This document shows positions 54,400 to 64,000 of a stretch of 64,000 bases of DNA, one piece after another (position 1 is the first letter of the stretch; each line of letters starts with the position of its first letter). The notes beneath the pieces were generated by a model that ran no database searches, was not told the origin of the DNA, and was given only the letters and a program-made list of their open reading frames with translations. This DNA comes from the human T2T-CHM13v2.0 reference genome, Homo sapiens, in assembly GCF_009914755.1 (NCBI RefSeq), contig NC_060925.1, one strand, 5' to 3'. The translations under genes were made by a program, and so were the position numbers.

Positions 54400-54740
54400 C
54401 CCTGCACCATCCTCTGCACACACTCACCTGGCCAATGCTTACCTCTCTTTTAACTCTAACCTCCCACTTCACTTTCTCCCAGAAACCCTTTTTAACTACC
54501 CTGATTCCCTTCCCTCAAGCAGGATAGGAACCTTCCCTCTGTGCTCCATCGAAGCACTTAACTCACAGATGTGTTTGTTTATATACGTGTCTTTCTCCCT
54601 TATTAAACTGGGATCTCCTGAAGGCAAAGTTTATGCCCTATCCATCTCTATTTCTAGCTCTAGCACTTGTTCAAAAGGACTCAATAAATGTTAACTAATT
54701 AATTAAATGGATGAATTAATGGATGGATGAATGAATGAAT
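54400..54740 (+). mobile_element. L2 3' end with TGAA/TGGA tail
   Basis: CTCCTGAAGGCAAAG...CTCAATAAATGTT...ATGGATGAATGAATGAAT. Confidence 0.7.
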
Positions 54741-54758
54741 CCTTTTAAACTGCTTCTA

Positions 54759-55100
<342 letters not shown>

Positions 55101-55938
55101 TCACAAGTCTACATCTCTACATTTTGGGAAGTAGAGCTATTTCACTTTATATATTTTAGATCCAAGATCATTGAAGTGAGGAGCATTGCTAAGAAATAAT
55201 CCTTTGTGTTGATCTGAGCTAAATACTCTAATCCCATTCCCTAACTGGCCTGGCCATCTTCCTTTGAAGGCTTTTAAATCTGCTAAGAACCTGGCTTCAG
55301 CTGCCTGGGCAAAGTGTAAGGGCAGAAGGCCTGGATCCTGCTCAGGTTGGTGGCTAAGCCTGGCTTCTAGGTTTCAGCACTGAAAGGAGGGAAGGGTTTT
55401 GGAAAGCCAACCTGGTATCTGTTTGCAGTTTGCAAAATAGTCATTAAAATGGAGAGAAAAAATAGGGAAAAGAATCCTGTAGGGGATTAAAGTGGAAAAC
55501 ATTGAGAGAGAGTGAAAGTCAAGGAGCTTATTTGAGGTTTATAGGAGAGGCATTCTCTTAGGTGATGTCTTTAAGAGTTGTTAGGAAAAATGGCTCGGGC
55601 CCACAGCCATTGGTTGAGGGGCCAGGAACCCCTTTGCTAGCCTTCCCTGACACCAAACCGCACCTTCCACTTGTCATAATACTCGTAGTAATCCAACAAT
55701 ACTTTATGGTGCATTCGGCATTGTGTAAGCCTTATAGGCCATATAGAAAATGTAAGATACACACTTGTGTACCCAAATGGTTTACAATCTCACAGAGGAA
55801 ACAGGGTTGATTCATGTGCAAACAGAGCATGAAAACAACAGAACATAATACCAGACGGCACAGCTTAGGAAGCACTCTAGACGGTGGTTCTTTGCTGCAT
55901 ATTAGAATCGTTTGGGGAAACTTAAAAATCTTGAGCCC

Positions 55939-56277
<339 letters not shown>

Positions 56278-59200
56278 TCAATGAAATCAGTGTCTGTAGA
56301 AGTGGGACCCAGATATCAATATGCTTTAGTTTCCTGGGTGATTTCAATGAATAAGTTTGATAAACTATGCTAAAGAAAGAGCATTAGCTTTGACTGAAAA
56401 AATTGGGGCTGTCTACTCATGAGCTCTGTAACCTTGGGTTAGCCAAGGAACACCTTTGGGCCTGGCTATTCCAGAGATTTTTTAAGCCCTGTGAAGACAA
56501 CTTAGATCCCCAATGCTCAGCATAATGTTTGACACAAATAAGGTATCCAACAAAGATGCATTTATTTGAATAATATATAAGAAAGTTATTTAATAAGCCT
56601 GCAAATGTAGTTATTAATAATGGTACTATTTGTACAAACATAATGTCAGTAATAATGGCCATGGTGATCCAAGCAAGTTCCAAGGTATACAGTAAAGACA
56701 GTCCTAATGTTTAACATGGTGGCTGTACATAATGGTGCTCCATACATGTTTGTTAAATTAATAAGCGGCTTGGGTGGATTGGAAGAATCAAGAACAAAGC
56801 TTTTTAGCTCACCTTGGGAAATTGCCTACCCTATTCTTGTGGTCTCCGTCCATCTGTCCATGCACCACTGAGATACCAAGCCAATAAGCCCTATGGCAGA
56901 GGTTCAGAAAACTGCAAAGGAAGTGAGAGAGAGACAGAGGGAGAAATAAAAAGAGGAAGGAGAAGAGGAGGAGGGAGCATGGAAGGAGGAGGTAAGAAGT
57001 ATCTTAGAAGGGAAGGAAGAGGAGGGTTTTGACGATGACTAGGAAGAGATGAGGGAGTGGTTGGGGGCATGGAGAGTGACTGAAGAGATAGTAAAACACT
57101 GGATGGGCCCAACAGTTCAGCGAAATGAGATGACAATAAATGTTTTGTCTTATGGTAATTCGGAAATCCCAGGAGATGGGGGCAGAGGAGAGAGGGGGTT
57201 GGACTAGTAAAAGGGGGCTGATCAAACATAAGAATTCAGAGAACAGGAATATATAGCCCACCAAAAGCATGTCAGGTTTTACTTTTCTGACACTTTGAAA
57301 GTCTGAAGGTTGTTAAATTGCCTCCCATTCCTGAAAAAGCCCAGGCAGGCAGCTCCCTCTGGGACTTGCATTAACCCTAGTGCTCCATTGCCAGAAACAT
57401 GAGCTCATTCCACTCGTGCGTCTGCAGTCCTAGCAAGCACGATCAAACTTTATGAGGCTTGTTACAAGCAAATTACATGGGAAACTGCAAAGGATCGGAG
57501 GGAGGGAGATGGCAGTTGGGGGCCGCGTACACTGCCGGGAAAGGGAAAGGGAAAGGGGAGCGGGGTAGGGATGCTGGGCACAGCCCAGACTTGGAATGCA
57601 TGAGAGCCCATCACTGAGTAGCTGGCAGCTCCTGCCTCCAGGGCCCAATTTTCCAAGTGATGACTTGAGTGTTCACACCTGCACTGGCTGCCACCGAGTC
57701 CCTCCCTCCACAGAGTTAATGGGGCAGACAGAACCCAGGAAGGCTTTTGGCCATGGCGACAATTTCTGTCCTCCTTGGCCCCACCTTCTCTACTGGCAGA
57801 GAAGATTCCTCTCCAGCTCTGGTGTGGGCATCACCTTCCAGGCCTCCCTGCTGCCGAGGTGTACAGATGCCTCAGGCAAGGCAGCCTCAGAGAGGACCGC
57901 TCTGAGACACAAAAGAATCCCAGCACTTTTTTGCCTTAGGTGGGTAGCTAACCTCCTTCCCCATTACCTTCTTCCTCCCCTTCCCAACGAATAGATCCCA
58001 AAACTATTTAAGATTTAGCCTTTTTTCCTATGAAACTCAAGCTTGGACAATTATCATTATTATTATGACTTTGGTTTCCCCAGTGCTTTCTGCTGGAAAC
58101 AAACTGGAAACGGAATAACTGGTAATATTCCAGGATCTGGGATTGCTGTGGCTTGGGGTAGCTCCTACAGAGAGAAGCAAAAAATGCATACAGATCATTT
58201 TCCTTGAACACTTATTTTCCCATAGCAATGGCTGCTGGGAGAGCTCATAACCAGGATTCCCCGCTCTTCGCTTGCTACATGCTTGTGTATGCACGTGCAC
58301 ACACACACAGGTGAATCTTGCTGAAACAGAACCAAATTAGAGTGCCCAGATAGATCTCATGCTTTGGGACAATTTAGGAGATAGATGCAGGCTGAGTTCT
58401 ACCTGAGCAGAGGTTTGGACAGATGCCTTCAACCAATCAGAATGCAGGAAACCAAAGAACAAAAGGAAAGATGCTGTGTGAATGTTATTATATAAATTTT
58501 CTCTCCCAGCATAGCTCGGGGTGGTTAGATGCTGTTTCCATCCAATGGGAGCTCTGTAAGCTCTCCTACTAATGCTGGAAAAACATTCACTTAACAGGCT
58601 TGTCCAAACAATTCCCTTGTAAATTCAGACATGATGAACTGCAGGGGGAAAGCAGAGCCTCAGGGCTGTCCGCCTCAATACCATCACTCCTGACAGGGCA
58701 CAGAGCCACACGGTTCACCTCAAGAGTCCATTAAAAAGCCTGATGGAGAAACTGTGTTTATGGTCAGGTTACAGAACAGGCAGCAAGCAATTAATGCCTT
58801 CCCAGTTTCCCTGTCCTTCAATTTTCCATCCCTCCCAACAGCCACACAGGACACGCACACAAACCCAATTCTATCCCTTGCCTTCTCTTAAATGCTCTTC
58901 CACAAGCTCCTTCCCTGACACCCACCCACTTCCCTGCTCATGCTCCTCTGTCTTTACAATGGGTATCTCAGAGTGCAACTTGCAGGAGAAACCAGCCTCA
59001 CACACCTATTCAACACTCACACTCCCTCTCAGATCATGGCTATACCCACAGCCTCTTTCTTCTTTCCATCCACATTCTTTGTAAACACATTGATTTTCCA
59101 TGTCATGTTCCCAGCCTTGAACCTGCTCCCGTCTTCCTTCAGAAAAAGAAAAAAAGAAAAACATCTCTGCTTCTGTCCCTTCTCCAGACCCTAGACTCCA

Positions 59201-60239
59201 CCATTGCTCACATCTCCCTCCACTCTCAGTGGCCAAGTCAGCGGCCCCCATCCTTTCTGGCACTCAAAGAAAGCTTGTTCGTGAGGCACTCTTATAACTA
59301 CTTTATTGTTCTGTCTCTCTGTCAATATATTCCTGTCCTTCCAACTGAACTAGATTCCCCTGAGTTAAAACCTGACTTTGGATTATGTAACAAGTTCCTT
59401 CGGGAATATATGAGGACTCAGGCAGTCACTTAGAAGTAAAGCAAACTGCCAAAATAAAAATATACATATATTTCAAAAAATGGCTAGTTTACACAGGAAT
59501 CTAATTAAGGAAAGATCTAGTTGGTGGAAAGCAGTGGAGATAAAGACAGTTCTAGGTTGGGTAATGTTAGTTTCTTGTCCAGCAGTCATTTTGCAAGTGC
59601 TAATGGGATAAAAAATGCCATTAGGGAAAACACACATCTGCGAATACCTAGTGTGTGCTTCAGGTGGCATAGGGCTTTGTGAAATATGATAATGTTCACA
59701 GTAGCAATACAAAATATATTTCACAAATGTAATTAATTAGCCAGACTGTCAATACCATATGACATAAAACATTCACTATTATGATAAAATAGCATTGCAT
59801 ATCATACTGATTAATACAAATTTAATCATTCAAATATGGCTGTGCTGTGCTTATAGTTTCTTTGTAAAATACGGAAATCAGTGTAACACATTTTACAAAT
59901 ATTTCTATCTATAACTTTTTCTGTGATATTTCAAAAAGTGGGATGTAGTTCTCATGTGATGGTACAAATAAAAATCTTGTGTACATTGAGTTCAACTAGG
60001 GTAGGCTGGCTTACAAAAAGAGCAGCGAGAGATGTGTGTGGAGTTGTGCAGGTGGCTGAGGGGCAAAACAGAGCTGGAGAGAAAGTGGGAAAGGTCCTTC
60101 TCTACCTGCCTTTGCAGCTGTGGCCCTGGATTTATCAGAAAACAGACACAATAACAAATAATTGCTAAGTGCTTCTTGTTGGGGAGGTTTAGACTGCTAA
60201 CCCAAATTTACAGGCCAGTGTTTAAAATACTGTCTGGAG

Positions 60240-60568
60240 CAGGGGTCAGCAGATAGTAAATCTGCCAGGAAGGGGCAGACAGTAAATATTTTTGGCTTCG
60301 TGGGCCATATGGTCTCTGTTGCAATTGCTCAACTCGGCCTCAGCAGCATGAAAGCAGCCATAGGCAATCACCAGTAGGTGTGGCTGTGTTCCAATAAAAC
60401 TTTATTTATGGACGCTAACGTTTGAATTTCATATAATTTTCACATGCCACAACATATTCTTCTTTAGATTTTTTTTCAGCATTGCAAAAACCATTCTTAG
60501 CTCATCGACCATACAAACATAGTCAGTGGGCTGAATTTGACTCATCAGTTGTAGCTGGCTGACCCCTG
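60240..60568. mobile_element. MER58B-like hAT-Charlie MITE
   Basis: Perfect 11-bp TIRs CAGGGGTCAGC / GCTGACCCCTG; internal GGCTGTGTTCCAATAAAACTTTATTTATGGAC. Confidence 0.9.
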
Positions 60569-61181
60569 ATTCAGTGTTTTACTGAAGGCGTCTACTGACT
60601 GTATGAGTTCTTTCTTGACCTGCCTTTTCCTCCTTGCCCCCTTAACCTCCTTTCTCTCTTTCCTTTCTGCACCCCTCAGCTTCTACTTGTCACCACCTCC
60701 AATAGATTTCAAGGGCTTACCAATATACCAGATGCACTCTCTCTGTGATGAGAGTCCATGTTTTTTGTGTGTGTTGTTTTTGTTGTTGTTTAGAGTGGGA
60801 ATTTCTGTTATTTCCTCAAGAAAATGCCACTAAGAAAATGCCTTTCTGTACACCCTCATCAAAAAAGCTGCTTCTTGCCTCCAGAAGAATTCTTTGTTCT
60901 TATTTGGAAACAACAATCGCAACCAGCAAAGTGGGAAAGGAGAAAGAGCCTTCACATAACTGATGTTTTAGCTTGGAGATGTTTCTTTAAATTCTTCTAC
61001 AATACAATCAGAGCCAACATTTTGAGGAGTTCGTGGAGGGAGAAAAGGTTAGTAATTTGAAGCCCTGAATAGGGTATCACAAAATATAGGGACTAACAAC
61101 CACCTTTCGTCACATACCAATTCCCTGCTAGGGACCCCCGGAATTTGCTTCAACATCCACTCTGCGCTTGGGAGTGGGAGA

Positions 61182-61516
61182 TGGCTTAGTCAGTGTTGAG
61201 CTGCTACAACAGAATACCTGAGATTAGGTCATGTATAAAGAACAGAAATTATTGGCTCACAGTTTTGAACTCTGGGAACTCTAAGATCAAGGTGCTGGTA
61301 CCTGGTGAGGGCCTTCTTGCTGCACCATGCCATGGCAGAAGGGCAAGAGTGCCAGAAAGGGAACCCACTCATAGAACCCCTGTGAGCCCTTTTCATAATG
61401 GCATTACTCTGTTCATTACCTAAACAGCTTCCATTAGTTCCCACCTCCCAACACTGCCACATTGGGCATTAGGTTTCTGACACGTGAATGCTGGGGGACA
61501 CATTCAAATCATAGCA
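61182..61516 (-). mobile_element. MaLR solo LTR (MST family)
   Basis: TGGCTTAGTC...CATTCAAATCATAGCA; TSD GGAGA/GGAGG (4 of 5 match). Confidence 0.88.
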
Positions 61517-63099
61517 GGAGGCAATAGACAGTCATTCAGAGGTTAGCTGTATCTCCATCTCCATGTTTCTTCCCCCACAAGCACAGAGACAAATTTGGAA
61601 GTAGACCTCTAAGTCTGTTAAATAAGAACATTGCATGGAATATAATTTTGCCTCAGGTCAGCCCTGACTTCTATAGGCTATCAACATGTATAAAAGCTAA
61701 ATGATATGCAAGAGGCCACACAAGGTGTTATATTATCCCCAATTTACAGACAGGGACACTGAGGTTCAAAATCAGAAAGTAGTGTACCCACAATTGGAAT
61801 GTGAGATCCAGCTGCAGCAGAAAATCAAAATGACTTCTCTGTATTTACCAGTATTTTGTCTCTATTACCACAGTCCTACGTGAGTATATGTGATTTTATT
61901 TGTCCTTAGGTTTCTACAGCCATAATATTTGCCAAAATGAAACTGCACTGGCTAATTTAACGTCATACTCTAAGCATCGCCCACATTGACCCCCAGATCC
62001 TAGGGGTGGGAGAAATTAGACTAGATCTAAAACAAGCAAAACTATAGAACTACAAATAAGGGCACGTTGTACGTGAAAAATGCAAAGTGTTATTTTCTGC
62101 TCTGTGTTCGTCTTCTCCCCGTGACCCATGATCCCTACTGAATGATCCCTGCCTGCAAAGAAACCAATCAGCAAGGGGAGGTTTATGAGAGCTGGTGAAA
62201 TTTTGAACAGGTCCATGCATTTTAAATTTATCTGCATAGTCTAATATCACTGCAACACCACACTCTGTCTCCAACTAGTTATTTTTTTTACCACGTCACC
62301 AAAACAACAGCAGTATAGCTATAGCAATGGGCAGCCTGAAAGGGCTAGGCCAATCACCAAATATCTTTTTTCCTGGCAAGCAGACAAATAAGGCATTCTT
62401 CCAGGGGCCTAGAATCCACATCAGTGTTAAATAAATTGGTCAGGTCTACTAGAACAGTCGGAAAACAACAATACCATGCTACTTTGCATTGTAATGGCAA
62501 AAGGATCAGGATGGATTTGCTAAAAGTTCACATTACATGGGCAAAAGGCAGGAGTCAAGATAGAAAATAAATTGATATGTGGAAAGGGATTATGATCAGC
62601 CAGTGTCTAGTTACTCTGAATCAAAACAACACGGTCATGCAAAGAGTAGCTGGGACTGCTGAGGACTCCATTTAGAGTATGTAATTATATTTCTCCAAAG
62701 TATGATTTACATATTAAGCAAACGTTTTAAATGTTCCATGAATCAGGCTATCAAAAGCCAACTGTTGACCTTGTGTGTTACCCTTTAGAAAGAGCCAGAA
62801 CATATGGTTGGTCCAGAAATCTAGGATACTGGAAAAGAGGGATGGATATACTCATCATACTCATCAAGACAGACCTTGCAAGATAACCTGAACAAAATTG
62901 TGCCTAACCAACTCTTTAAAGAAATAGCTCTAACATTTGAGTCCCAAAGTAAAATACTTCATAAGCTCCTCATGGTAACTATTTCAATTGATCCCAACTC
63001 TTCAGAGCCAGTAATAAAGAAAATGAGGCAGTCAGAGTCATCCAGCACCCTGACCCCAGGAGGAATGTATTATTGATTACTACAGATATGCCCAGTTTT

Positions 63100-63560
63100 C
63101 TAAATTCATGTATTCTTTCATTTAGCAAACATTTATTTTAACATCCACTCTGTGCTCTATAGTAGAGACTGGGAAACAAAAATAACAACAAAAAAAGACA
63201 TGATTCCTGACAGACATAAAAGTAAACAGTTATAACACAATTAGATAACATCTATGAAATAAAAAGATGTATAACAGAAATAGTTACTATCTGTGGCAAG
63301 CAGACTAGGTGATTTAGGGCCAGATTATTGACATTATTTACATACGATAAAAAAGAAGTGAGAGCCAGGGACAAGTGTCTTAATATTCCTGAGAAGCTGA
63401 GGGAAGACTCTTCAGAGGAGATGACATTTAACTTTTCCAGAAAGGCGTGCGGGGCTGGGAGGATCTCATACAGAGGGGACCGCATATCCAAAGGCATGGA
63501 GACATGAAAAAATATGGGGCATACAAGCAAATACTAGTAAATAAGAGGCTTCTTGAGGAA
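63100..63560 (-). mobile_element. L2 relic
   Basis: TTCATTTAGCAAACATTTATT start; GGGAAGACTCTTCAGAGGAGATGACATTT. Confidence 0.65.
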
Positions 63561-64000
63561 CTCAGCAAAGTGACAAGCCTGATAAATAGCACCTCCCACT
63601 AAGGAGATGACAAGTGATTCTATAGCCCTCTGCCCTGATTGCTCTTCTCCAGCGGGAGGCATTGATGGCCCAGCCCACCTCCTGCAGATCTGTATGTAAC
63701 CTCCCCACACCTCCCTTCCTTCTGTGCGTGTTCTGCATCCCTCCCACACTGATGATCCATCCCGATAGGAGTGACAACCTGCACTCCAGCTTTCCAGCCA
63801 GTGACCAGACCCAGGCCAAGCAGCGCTGCCACAAGATCGGTCTCCACTTAGACCCTGGACCACAGCCAGCCAGGAGTAAACACCCTCCAAGGTCCAAAGG
63901 TCCAAGCATATTTCACTGCTGCTATGTCTACCTTACTCCTAGATACTTATGATTTCTGCTGACTAGAAACACAGCATTTTGAGATATGGTCTGTTGCAGT

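Noticed and set aside
54278-54694. 138-aa ORF, and similar 100-133-aa ORFs at 28663, 57596 and 63534
   Set aside because: No recognisable domain; several overlap L2 relics or use non-ATG starts; lengths fit chance expectation

Overview
Primate (human-like) genomic DNA, CpG-depleted and dominated by transposable elements. I cannot support any intact host protein-coding exon, RNA gene or CRISPR array; the longer ORFs in the track are read-throughs of Alu, L1, LTR12 or ERV sequence. Main structures: (1) a minus-strand ERVL-type (HERV16/LTR16-like) provirus remnant at ~8.3-17.7 kb, interrupted by an MST LTR and by a 5'-inverted (twin-primed) L1 with a 17-bp TSD, which itself carries an AluY; (2) a two-LTR HERV9/LTR12 provirus at 36082-42962 with ATAT TSD, tRNA-Arg PBS, decayed gag, deletions of the protease active site, RT core, integrase and most of env, and a half-Alu inside; (3) a HAL1-like element, L1MB and L1PA fragments, Alus, MaLR LTRs, MITEs, MIR/L2 relics and microsatellites; (4) a few repeat-free islands with enhancer-like motif clusters. 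I found no convincing evidence of an undescribed biological system. The best leads are TE-architecture oddities, candidate regulatory elements and a weak Gypsy-like signal in the first 1.7 kb. Subfamily names come from my recall of consensus sequences, not from a search. Boundaries without a TSD are approximate.
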